From the NCBI GenBank assembly GCA_965248925.1, contig CBDFLE010000006.1, forward strand, positions 2,720,001 to 2,784,000: 64,000 nucleotides of DNA. The letters are read 5' to 3'. Position 1 is the first letter of the stretch. Each line of letters starts with the position of its first letter. Shown here piece after piece: positions 1 to 8,549 of the stretch. The DNA comes from Candidatus Multivoradales bacterium (GTDB taxonomy: Bacteria; Acidobacteriota; Thermoanaerobaculia; Multivoradales; J023). The translations under genes were made by a program, and so were the position numbers. Below the pieces are notes generated by a model. The model worked only from the letters and a program-made list of their open reading frames with translations, did not search any database and was not told the origin of the DNA.

Positions 1-746
1 ATGAAGGGATAAGTTGCCTCGGTCATCGGCCCCTCGGTCTGCCACTCCCGCACCGGCATCCAGGCGTCGCGGTTTTGAGGACCGGGAAAAAGAGTGATGG
101 GCGCACTACCGCGGGCAGAGAAATCCGGCACCTTCAAGCTCAATTCGCGCAAGGCAGCGGCTTTTGACTGGTAGTTGCGCACCAGCACTCTCAAGGTGTA
201 CTCACCGGGTGGCAAGCGCAAGTGGCCGTAGAACTTCAGCCCACTCTGCCACACCAATTCGCCAAGCTGAGTGGTATCGACAACGAAGATATCCGCTAGA
301 TAGTCAACCACCGCGGTTCCGGACAAGGCATAGGCGTAGATCTCTACTCGGGTATGCCGCGAGCGATTCACATCCATGAATGAGGCGCCATCGATCTCTA
401 CGAAGAGCGCCACCTCCGCTTTGTCGGTGGTCTCACTTGGTAGGGGTGTGGCCAGAGCCTCGATCGAGAAATTGCCGCCGGGCTCACCGCGCAACACCAA
501 GGTGGCCACCTCGCCCGTCAGGCCGCGAAGTCGGCGAGACTGAAACATCACCGGCCCGCGATCGAACGGACTGAGGAGGTCTACCTCGATCGCCGAACTC
601 GCGGCCGGCGGTTCCTGCCGCGGCTCTTCCTGGGCCACCGTCGAGAAGCCAAGAGCGAGTAACAAGAGTAATCCACCGCTGATCGTCGTCGCTCGGGTGA
701 TCGCAGAACCGAGCAAATCAGAGAATGGTGCGTCGCGTCGAGCCAT
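1..746 (-). CDS. Exported protein, partial (runs off the left edge); resembles the Ig-like C-terminal domain of acidobacterial VWA proteins
   Basis: Not in the ORF track because it is truncated. Hand translation from ATG 746 (SD AGGAGGT at 751-757) is open to the edge: MARRDAPFSDLLGSAITRATTISGGLLLLLALGFSTVAQEE...GLKFYGHLRLPPGEYTLRVLVRN...; hydrophobic signal-like segment. Confidence 0.7.
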   Translation of the reverse strand, partial: MARRDAPFSDLLGSAITRATTISGGLLLLLALGFSTVAQEEPRQEPPAASSAIEVDLLSPFDRGPVMFQSRRLRGLTGEVATLVLRGEPGGNFSIEALATPLPSETTDKAEVALFVEIDGASFMDVNRSRHTRVEIYAYALSGTAVVDYLADIFVVDTTQLGELVWQSGLKFYGHLRLPPGEYTLRVLVRNYQSKAAALRELSLKVPDFSARGSAPITLFPGPQNRDAWMPVREWQTEGPMTEATYPF

Positions 747-1050
747 CAACACCTCCTAGCCGTGCTTGAAGTCGATACTTCATTGGATCCTGGTCGGGTC
801 CTGAAGAGAGATAGCTGTTCTAGCAGGCAGCCGGGGGAGGCGGCTCTTGTCGCTGCAAGCCCCCGTCATACCCAGGCTGAGCAGCCCGCCTCCCGTGCAG
901 CCTGCTACAAGATCCTGGACCTGTGCCTCCCGTGAGATTGAATGCTAGCCTACGGCGAGCCGTGCAGATAGACCACTCAACCCTCCGCAGGGCTATCTCG
1001 TCACCTCACCTGAGTGATCGTCTAGGTGACGGTCGTGGATATCGTCGGGA

Positions 1051-2925
1051 TCACCGGCTGGTTGATTTCACCACCGCTGCCTTATCGGCTCGCGAGACGC
1101 CAACACTGACCTCCAGATTGACCGTGGTCTCGAGGTCGGCGATGACGTCGCGAATTCCCACCGACACCCGGTGACGGCCTTTGCGCATCACCAGATCCAC
1201 CTGATAGCCGGCTTCCGCCTTCTTGGCCTCCTCGAAGCGGCTAGCCGGTACTCGGATCGGCAGTTTGATGCGTTGAAATGGCGACAGGTTGCCTCTCTCG
1301 TCCTGGACGATGACGAAAGCCAAGACCTCACCGGCGTAGACTCCCTCTTGCGGCAGCAGGGCAAGGTTCTCGAACGGAATGCGAATCAGCAGCGGTACCC
1401 GGTAGGTGCCACCGGCGGTTTCGTTGTACTGACCGGCTACCAGACTGACGTCCAGTGGATTGTCTTCGACGTCAAAGTAGAGGGCCGACAGGGTGAGATT
1501 CTCCATTTGTTCAATGGGATCCAGTTCGCGGTAGCCTTTGAAGTAGCGGACGTCGAGGCGGGGCTGATCTTTGATCGTGACCTTGATCTTGTGGAACTTG
1601 TCGTCGCGGGCGGATGCAGGTAGATAGCCCAACGAGTAGAAGCTCGAGAAATCTTTCACCACTTGTTCCATCAGGCCTCGCAGGTTGCTGCTCCGGGTGT
1701 AGGCGCGACCGCCAGTGCCGTCCGCGATCAGCATCATTGAGCTTTCCCGGCTGAATGCATCGATGGTCAGAACTTCAGGAGAAAATGCGCCTTGGCCGTT
1801 GGCGGTGCTCGCCCCAGCCAGTTCGGCGGAATTTCGTCCGACGCCGTGGAGGAGGGAGTTGGAGATCGGATAGAAGGTCACCCGATGGGCGCTGGCGTGC
1901 TCGACCAGACTGCGGAAGGAGCCCATCGTGCTGCGCGGCATACTATTGAGCCGTCCGATTTCTCGCAGCACCTGGTTGGCTTGATTCTGATAGGCCCAGG
2001 ATTCGAATTGGTTGCGCCAGGCCTGCACCAGGTCCTCGCCGGGTCGCGAGGGGATGCCATCGCTAATGTAGAGCACCGCTTTGCGACCCGGCAGTCCAGC
2101 CAGGGACTCGGTGAATTTTTTGATGCCGTTGACCACTTGTTTGACATTCAGGACTGTGCGATGGACGTTGGTGTCGATGTTGAACATCAAATTCCGCGCT
2201 TCGAGTTGGGCTGCCTCGAAGGCTCCAACGTCGAGAGAAGCGCCGGTCGGGCGAGGGGTCAGCGCTGCTCGATTGATTCGCCGTAGCAGGTCGCGCTTTT
2301 CCAGCCGCAGCCGCACTAGCCGCCCGGTCTCGAGTTCCAGCTTGCTTAGGCTGGCGTCGATCTTGTCTGCGTCGTTGGTGAAGTTCTGCACCATCTCCAG
2401 CTGGCCACCGTAGGAGACGATCATCACCCGGTCACTGGGATCTAGACCCTCCTGTATGAACTTGCGCAGGCTGGCAAAAGTGCGGTTGCGATTCTGCGGC
2501 AGGATGTTCAAATTGTCGACGTAAACCACCAAGAGGAGGCTGCGGGTCGCCGGCAGCTGATCGCTGAGTTCTCCGGCTTGGTTGATCGCGTTGCGGTTCT
2601 CGACCGCGAAGAAGTTGCTCAGCTCGACCGGTTGCTTGTCCTCGGTGACGATGAAATCAGACTTCTTCAGCCCGGTCACCGGCTCGCCCTGGTCGTCGGT
2701 GACCAACACCTCCAGATTGACCAGCCGCACATCGACCGAATCAAAGAAAACACCGCCACTGCCAGCCGCCGGCTCAGCATCAGAGGCTGATGGCTGTTCA
2801 CCCTGGGCCGACAATGGCGCGCACATTAGCGCCATGGCGAGCACACATTGGAATAGGGGGAGATCCTTCAGGCGCATAAGCGGTGTCCTTCCGCGCGGTT
2901 GATCGGCCGCGCTTGGCGAGAGCAT
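1051..2925 (-). CDS. VWA-domain protein (acidobacterial VWFA-related type), exported
   Basis: Signal peptide; VDVRLVNLEVLVTDDQGEPVTGLKKSDF N-domain; LPGRKAVLYISDG; TGGRA...FSSFYSLGY...FHKIKV; C-terminal Ig-like domain. Start 2925 is supported by TGnTAAGAT 9 nt upstream; alternative ATG at 2877. Confidence 0.85.
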   Translation of the reverse strand: MLSPSAADQPRGRTPLMRLKDLPLFQCVLAMALMCAPLSAQGEQPSASDAEPAAGSGGVFFDSVDVRLVNLEVLVTDDQGEPVTGLKKSDFIVTEDKQPVELSNFFAVENRNAINQAGELSDQLPATRSLLLVVYVDNLNILPQNRNRTFASLRKFIQEGLDPSDRVMIVSYGGQLEMVQNFTNDADKIDASLSKLELETGRLVRLRLEKRDLLRRINRAALTPRPTGASLDVGAFEAAQLEARNLMFNIDTNVHRTVLNVKQVVNGIKKFTESLAGLPGRKAVLYISDGIPSRPGEDLVQAWRNQFESWAYQNQANQVLREIGRLNSMPRSTMGSFRSLVEHASAHRVTFYPISNSLLHGVGRNSAELAGASTANGQGAFSPEVLTIDAFSRESSMMLIADGTGGRAYTRSSNLRGLMEQVVKDFSSFYSLGYLPASARDDKFHKIKVTIKDQPRLDVRYFKGYRELDPIEQMENLTLSALYFDVEDNPLDVSLVAGQYNETAGGTYRVPLLIRIPFENLALLPQEGVYAGEVLAFVIVQDERGNLSPFQRIKLPIRVPASRFEEAKKAEAGYQVDLVMRKGRHRVSVGIRDVIADLETTVNLEVSVGVSRADKAAVVKSTSR

Positions 2926-2985
2926 GACTTTCCGATCTTATCAAGCTGCGCCCCAGAGCCACAGCTCCATGTCGGGCACCCATAG

Positions 2986-3015
2986 AAAAAGCCCCGACCC
3001 AGAAGGGCCGGGGCT
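2986..3015 (-). terminator. Rho-independent terminator of the TonB-dependent receptor gene
   Basis: Minus strand AGCCCCGGCCC-TTCT-GGGTCGGGGCT followed by a T-run, about 25 nt after the stop codon. Confidence 0.85.
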
Positions 3016-3040
3016 CATTCAAGCAGAGGTCAGACTTCTA

Positions 3041-6000
3041 CTAGAAGCGGAAGCCGACCGAGAAGCGCCAGGTCCGCGGACGCTGGACGCTGGCCTCGGT
3101 CGTTGGAGTCCCGAAATCGTCGCCTTTCACCCAATGAACGCCTTCGATCGGCGTATCGGTGAAGGCGTTGAAGTCCAGGCAATTGCCCTGCGCATCGCCA
3201 TTCGGGCAAGTTCCGGCACCACTGTTGGAGAAATCGAGGACGGTGGTGTTGACAGCGGAGGCATCATCTTCGTCGAAGATGTTGAGCACCTCAGGCTGGA
3301 TGAAGACTTCCATCGACTTACCGAACGCATTCCAGCGGAAAGCGTAGTTCAGCGACAGGTCCGTACGAGTGAAATCATCCGTGCGGAAAGTGTCGCGACC
3401 GCCGGAGAAGAAATAGGTCGAGGTGGTCGGTGGAAGGGCATAGCCGCCACCGACACCTTCGATCACGGGGGCCAGGCAAGCCGGGCAGTTGGCCGCGATC
3501 TGGTCTCCGGTCAAGGTTCCCGGAGTGGTATCCACCGAACCGGAGGCACTATAGGGAGTGCCGCTGAAGAAGTTCTGCAGAATGCTGGCGTTCAAGCTGT
3601 GACGTTCGCTGTCGATGATGTCGTAGACCACCCAAGCACGGACCTTGTGCCGCTGGTCGGCCAACAAGAAGCCAGTCGGCTGAGACCAGCTCAGCTCGCT
3701 GAACTCAGGGTAGTTCTGCGGCGACGACGGCACCGGACCAGAGCCCGAGGTCTCACCATTGATGTTACCGATCAGCTGCGACCAGGTGTAGTTGCCGGCG
3801 AAGGTGAACTTGTCGGTGAGCCGGTAGCGGCCCTGCAAGTTGACGCCATAGTAGTCGCGTTCCAGGAATGCATCGCCGAAGTTGCCTACCTCGGTGAAGT
3901 CCAGAATGCCGGCCGGAGTCGACACGGTACCGGTATTGAGGGTCGTCTGGTTGGAATAGAAGTCCTCCCAGCTGCGGATCACAACATCGCCACGGAACAG
4001 GCCCTTGGAGCCTAGACGCTTGGTGATGCCGACCGTGAACTCGTCGGCCGACGGCGACTTCAGCGTATCCGGGATGCCTGAGGTGGCGCCCGGGACACAG
4101 CCGAAGATCAGGCCCGGGAAGGTGACGCCACCATCGAACGGCGGCAACTGCAGAGTACCGCCTGCGCCAACGTACCAGTCGTAGAGCACCCGTAGGGCGT
4201 CTTCGGTCGACACGCAATTGGTGCCGTCGGTCTGACAGTTGGTGTTCACTGCTGGACCCCCGTAGAAGCTGCCGAAACCACCCAACGCGCCACCCTGAGA
4301 GGTGGAGTCGGCGCGGGTGTTGGCAATAGCGGCAACGTAGGTGCCGAAGCTAGCGTTGAACACCATGTCGCCATCACCGTGGAGGTCCCAGCTGGCGCCG
4401 AAGCGCGGGCTGAACTTGGTGTCGTCGACCGTCTTGGTGCCACCGGAGTCGGTGCCGTCATTGGCGTCATAGCGCACGCCGATGTTGAAGCTCCAATTCT
4501 CGTTCAGCTGCCAGCTGTCGTTGGCGTACAACGAGTCGGTGGTGAAGTCGGTCGGCTTGGCGATATCGAGGTTGAACGGCGGCCAGAACACCACCCAGGT
4601 GCGCGAGGTCTCGAACACCGGATAGATGTTGTTATTGCCGTCGATGACGATGTCCTCGGCCCAGACCTGGAAATCACTACCCGACTGATGGTTGATTGAG
4701 AAGCGGATATCCGTGTAAGTGTCGTAGCCAAAGGCGAAGTCGTGCGAACCGGCGCCTTCGGTGGTCAAGAAGTAGGAACCCTTGACCAGGGTGTTCTCAT
4801 TGTCGCGTTGCTCGTCCTCGCAGCTGCCGCAGAAGGTCGACGAGTGGAAGCGACGGCCGGTCGGACGGTGCCGCACCAGAGTGCCGGGGATCAGCGTCTC
4901 GATCGACCGGGTGGGACCCGGTCCCGGGCCGCCAAAGCCTTTGGCAATCACCAGGTTACGCTCGGAATACTGTGCCTCGACGAAGAAGCTCGAGGTCAGA
5001 ATGCCAGTGTAGTTGACCGAGTTGATCTCCTGCGGATCGGTACGGTCGTTGAGGCTGGCTACATCCAAGACACTGCCGAAGGTCGAGCCGGAACGGGTGC
5101 GCTCGATCTCCAGGTAAGAACCGATCAAGCTGTGGCTTGGCGTGAGGCCGACCGTCAGCTTGCCCTCAACGCGGGTTTCGGCGTCGGTAGTTCCGAAGCC
5201 GATACCGGTGATGATGGTGGTTCCGGTGCCGGTGGCCTCGCTGTCGCGGCCGGCAGCGAAGAACCAGATCTTGTCCTTCCAGATCGGACCACCGAGGGTG
5301 GCCTCGTAGATCTGGTTGATGTCATCGGTGCGGGGATCCGCGTCGCCTTCGAACACTACTTCGCGGGCGTTGTTCGAGATCCAATCGTCGTTGGTCAGGT
5401 TGGCGCGGATCGAACCCGAGAACTGGTTGCCACCGCTCTTGGTGATGACGTTGACCACGCCGCCAGTGAAGCGACCGTACTCGGCCGAGATGCCGGCCGT
5501 GGTGGTGGTGGTTTCCTGCACCGCGTCCTCGATGAACAGCGGCAGCGATCCGCCACGCACGTTCTCGTTGATCACCACGCCGTTGACCATCCACAAGTTC
5601 TCGAAGGACATGGCACCATTGATGGTGATAGCCGCGCCGGCCGCGGGGGCCGTGCTGTGGGTGCCCGGAGCCAGGCTCACCGCGTCGTTGATGGTCCGAC
5701 CGATGGGCAGCTTCTCGATCTCGTCCTGGGTGAAGGTGGTCGCCAGGGTGTTGGTCTCGGAAATGGTGTCGAGCTGGCTGGTGACAACGATTTCCTCGAC
5801 GACCTCGGAAAGGCCCATTTCGATGTCGGAAATTGAGGTCTGAGCCGCGCTCAGCTTGATCGTCCGAATGGTGGTCGAGAATCCCTCAAGTTCGTAGGTG
5901 GCTTTGTACTCGCCCGGCGGCAGAAAGCCGAGCTTATAGTCGCCGTTGGCTCCCGATTGAGTGTTACGCACCCCCTGCAAGTTGGGGGAAGTAACCGTGA

Positions 6001-6148
6001 TCGTGACGCCCGGCAGGCTGCCACCTTCCGTATCGGACACGTTGCCAATCAACGATCCGGTCGGGTTTTGCGCCAAGACCTGCGGCGCCAGCAAAATGCC
6101 GATCACCACGAAGAGGCCCAGCGCTTTGGCCCATGGGTTTGTCCTCAT
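3041..6148 (-). CDS. TonB-dependent receptor, Oar-like, with N-terminal carboxypeptidase-regulatory-like domain
   Basis: Signal peptide; LPGVTITVTSPNLQG...LPPGEY prealbumin-like domain; plug motif ISAEYGRFTGGVVNVITKSGGN; beta-barrel ending in aromatic FSVGFRF; SD AAGGAG at 6157-6162. Confidence 0.93.
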   Translation of the reverse strand: MRTNPWAKALGLFVVIGILLAPQVLAQNPTGSLIGNVSDTEGGSLPGVTITVTSPNLQGVRNTQSGANGDYKLGFLPPGEYKATYELEGFSTTIRTIKLSAAQTSISDIEMGLSEVVEEIVVTSQLDTISETNTLATTFTQDEIEKLPIGRTINDAVSLAPGTHSTAPAAGAAITINGAMSFENLWMVNGVVINENVRGGSLPLFIEDAVQETTTTTAGISAEYGRFTGGVVNVITKSGGNQFSGSIRANLTNDDWISNNAREVVFEGDADPRTDDINQIYEATLGGPIWKDKIWFFAAGRDSEATGTGTTIITGIGFGTTDAETRVEGKLTVGLTPSHSLIGSYLEIERTRSGSTFGSVLDVASLNDRTDPQEINSVNYTGILTSSFFVEAQYSERNLVIAKGFGGPGPGPTRSIETLIPGTLVRHRPTGRRFHSSTFCGSCEDEQRDNENTLVKGSYFLTTEGAGSHDFAFGYDTYTDIRFSINHQSGSDFQVWAEDIVIDGNNNIYPVFETSRTWVVFWPPFNLDIAKPTDFTTDSLYANDSWQLNENWSFNIGVRYDANDGTDSGGTKTVDDTKFSPRFGASWDLHGDGDMVFNASFGTYVAAIANTRADSTSQGGALGGFGSFYGGPAVNTNCQTDGTNCVSTEDALRVLYDWYVGAGGTLQLPPFDGGVTFPGLIFGCVPGATSGIPDTLKSPSADEFTVGITKRLGSKGLFRGDVVIRSWEDFYSNQTTLNTGTVSTPAGILDFTEVGNFGDAFLERDYYGVNLQGRYRLTDKFTFAGNYTWSQLIGNINGETSGSGPVPSSPQNYPEFSELSWSQPTGFLLADQRHKVRAWVVYDIIDSERHSLNASILQNFFSGTPYSASGSVDTTPGTLTGDQIAANCPACLAPVIEGVGGGYALPPTTSTYFFSGGRDTFRTDDFTRTDLSLNYAFRWNAFGKSMEVFIQPEVLNIFDEDDASAVNTTVLDFSNSGAGTCPNGDAQGNCLDFNAFTDTPIEGVHWVKGDDFGTPTTEASVQRPRTWRFSVGFRF

Positions 6149-6728
6149 ACAGCAGACTCCTTTCTAGGTGCTTCCCCAACTTCTTCTCAAGTAACCCGGG
6201 GAAACCGTTAGCGGGGGCCGTTCGCGGTACGAAACCGCTGCGGCCGCTGAAGCGAAGCGACGTTAGTCGCATCTCCGTCCCTGAGGGGACGGCGTCGAAA
6301 CTCAAGAGGACCGAGCCGCTGTCCGCCATCGCGACAAGCGTCAAGGCTCTCTCAAAAACAGTAGGAAGCATCACTCTGCAAGCTGCTTTCAGCTGGCGGA
6401 AGGTGTAACACTTCTGGGATCAACGTGTAGGTAACAGCAAGGGCCATGCCATTTCGACCGCAGTAGAAGGCATGGCGTCCAACTCTTGTCCCAACTGAGC
6501 TTGGCGGCCATAGCAGCCATCCAAAGTAGTCTTCGGATGGCCATAATACAGCCGCGCTCGATTTTTTTGAATCGGCAATTTTGAATCTGGACCCCCTTGC
6601 GCCCCACCCCAGAGTGGCTAGTGGCATCAAGGCCAAGGCGCTGGAAGATCCATTATAAACCTCAGATAGGGGCAGTATACGTCTTCCTCCGCCGCTTGGG
6701 AACACCTGGTGCGTGCTACCATCCGCCG

Positions 6729-8549
6729 GTGTTGTCCTTCCTCTTGCCGTGCTTCCACCACCGGGACTCGAACATCGTCTGCGCTGTGTTGACAACCTTG
6801 TGGGTGGCGCTCAGCGGCTGCGGCTCGGATGACCAGCGACCGGCCGCCGCCAAGGCCCTTTCCGAGGTGGCCGTAGGGTCCGTCGACCCGGGTGCAATCT
6901 TCGTTGATCGAGCCCTCGAGGTCGGCCTCGACTTCGTCCATTTCAACGGCATGTCGGGCAACTTCTACATGGCCGAAGTTACCGGTTCAGGCGGTGGGCT
7001 GGTGGACTTCGACGGCGATGGGGACCTTGACGTCTACCTGCTGCAGGGCACCATGATCGGCCCCGGGCGGACCCTGGAGCAAGCGCTTTTCCCACCCCAC
7101 CACTCAGCGCCGTTGACCGACCGCCTATTCCGCAACGACTTGCATTTCGACAGCAGCGGAAAGCGTCAGCTGAGCTTCAGCGACGTCACTGAGCAAGCCG
7201 GCCTCAGCCACATAGGATACGGCATGGGGATGACCAGTGGCGATTACGATAACGACGGCGATGTCGATCTCTTTATCACCAACTTCCGCTCGAACCAGCT
7301 GTTGCGCAACACGGGCGAGGGCCGGTTCGAGGATGTCACCGCCCTTGCCGGGGTCGACGATCCACGGTGGAGCGTACCGGCGACCTTCTTTGATTTCGAT
7401 CGCGATGGTTGGCTCGACTTGTTTGTCGGTAATTACATCGCCGCCGATCTGTCCAACCCGACAGTCTGCGGGGGCTTGACCGGGGCTCGCGAATACTGCG
7501 GTCCCGGAGCCTACCCGCCGGAGCCCGACCGGCTGTTTCACAATCGCGGTGACGGCACCTTCGAAGACGTCACCGCGGCCGTGGGTCTCGGCGCGGGCTT
7601 TGGCGGCGCTCTCGGGGTGGTTGCCAGCGACTTGAACGGCGATGGCTGGCTCGATCTTTACGTCGCCAACGATGGGGCGCCTAATAACCTGTGGATCAAC
7701 CAGCGGGACGGCACCTTTCGCGACGAAGCTCTGCTCGCCGGAGCCTCGGTCAATGCAAGCGGCCGGGCCGAAGCCTCGATGGGGGTCGATGCGGCGGACT
7801 TTGATGGCGATGGCGACGACGATCTCTTCATGGCCCACTTAACCGCCGAGACCAACACCCTCTTCGTCAATAACGGCCAGGGGTTGTTCACTGACTCGAC
7901 CATTGGGGTCGGCTTGGCCGCTCCGAGCCGCTCCTACACCTCCTTTGGCACCGCCTGGTTGGACTATGACAACGACAGCTGGCTCGATTTGGTGATTGTC
8001 AACGGCGCGGTCAAGGAAATCGAGGCCTTAGGGCGGCAACACGATCCGTTTCCGCTGCATCAGCCCAACCAGTTGTTCCACAACCAGGCCGGCCGTCGTT
8101 TTCGCGAGGTCAGCCGCTCGGCCGGCAAGGTGTTCGAACTCTCCGAGGTCAGCCGCGGTGTGGCAATTGGTGATCTCGACAATGATGGCGACTCTGACAT
8201 CTTGGTGATCAACAACAACGGGCCGGTGCGTTGGCTCGAGAATCAGCTCGGCCAGCAGGCTCATTGGCTGGGCCTGGAGCTGCGCGGAGGTAACCCCGGT
8301 CGCGATATGCTCGGCGCTCGCGTTGCCGTCTATCGCCCAGCTCAGTCGCCGTTGTGGCGCCGGGTGCGCACCGATGGCAGCTTTTGCTCGGTCAACGACC
8401 CGCGAGTGCTGATCGGCCTGGGTGAGCAGCCCGCGGTCGACAAGGTGCGGGTGCTGTGGCCGGGAGGCACGGTGGAAGAGTGGACCAATCTCAAAGTAGA
8501 TTCCTACAACCGACTCGAGCGCGGCACGGGCACCGCGGTGAGTCCCTGA
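6729..8549 (+). CDS. CRTAC1/ASPIC-UnbV family protein (FG-GAP/VCBS repeats), probable lipoprotein
   Basis: Repeated D-x-D-x-D-G-x-x-D-L Ca-binding motifs; C-terminal ASPIC/UnbV domain (WLGLEL...GARV...GSFCS.NDPR...GLG...V.WP.G); lipobox LSGC. Start moved from 6597 to GTG 6729 (or TTG 6732), just after TGcTACCAT at 6714-6722. Confidence 0.9.
   Translation: MLSFLLPCFHHRDSNIVCAVLTTLWVALSGCGSDDQRPAAAKALSEVAVGSVDPGAIFVDRALEVGLDFVHFNGMSGNFYMAEVTGSGGGLVDFDGDGDLDVYLLQGTMIGPGRTLEQALFPPHHSAPLTDRLFRNDLHFDSSGKRQLSFSDVTEQAGLSHIGYGMGMTSGDYDNDGDVDLFITNFRSNQLLRNTGEGRFEDVTALAGVDDPRWSVPATFFDFDRDGWLDLFVGNYIAADLSNPTVCGGLTGAREYCGPGAYPPEPDRLFHNRGDGTFEDVTAAVGLGAGFGGALGVVASDLNGDGWLDLYVANDGAPNNLWINQRDGTFRDEALLAGASVNASGRAEASMGVDAADFDGDGDDDLFMAHLTAETNTLFVNNGQGLFTDSTIGVGLAAPSRSYTSFGTAWLDYDNDSWLDLVIVNGAVKEIEALGRQHDPFPLHQPNQLFHNQAGRRFREVSRSAGKVFELSEVSRGVAIGDLDNDGDSDILVINNNGPVRWLENQLGQQAHWLGLELRGGNPGRDMLGARVAVYRPAQSPLWRRVRTDGSFCSVNDPRVLIGLGEQPAVDKVRVLWPGGTVEEWTNLKVDSYNRLERGTGTAVSP

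Noticed and set aside
2924-5836. Long plus-strand ORFs (2924..4015, 4742..5836) and many similar antisense ORFs across the window
   Set aside because: They lie opposite well-supported genes and are the expected shadow ORFs of GC-rich coding DNA; no recognisable motifs.
6149-6548. Known riboswitch (cobalamin, TPP, c-di-GMP) upstream of the TonB receptor
   Set aside because: Could not find the diagnostic conserved boxes by eye; kept only as an unassigned structured-leader candidate.
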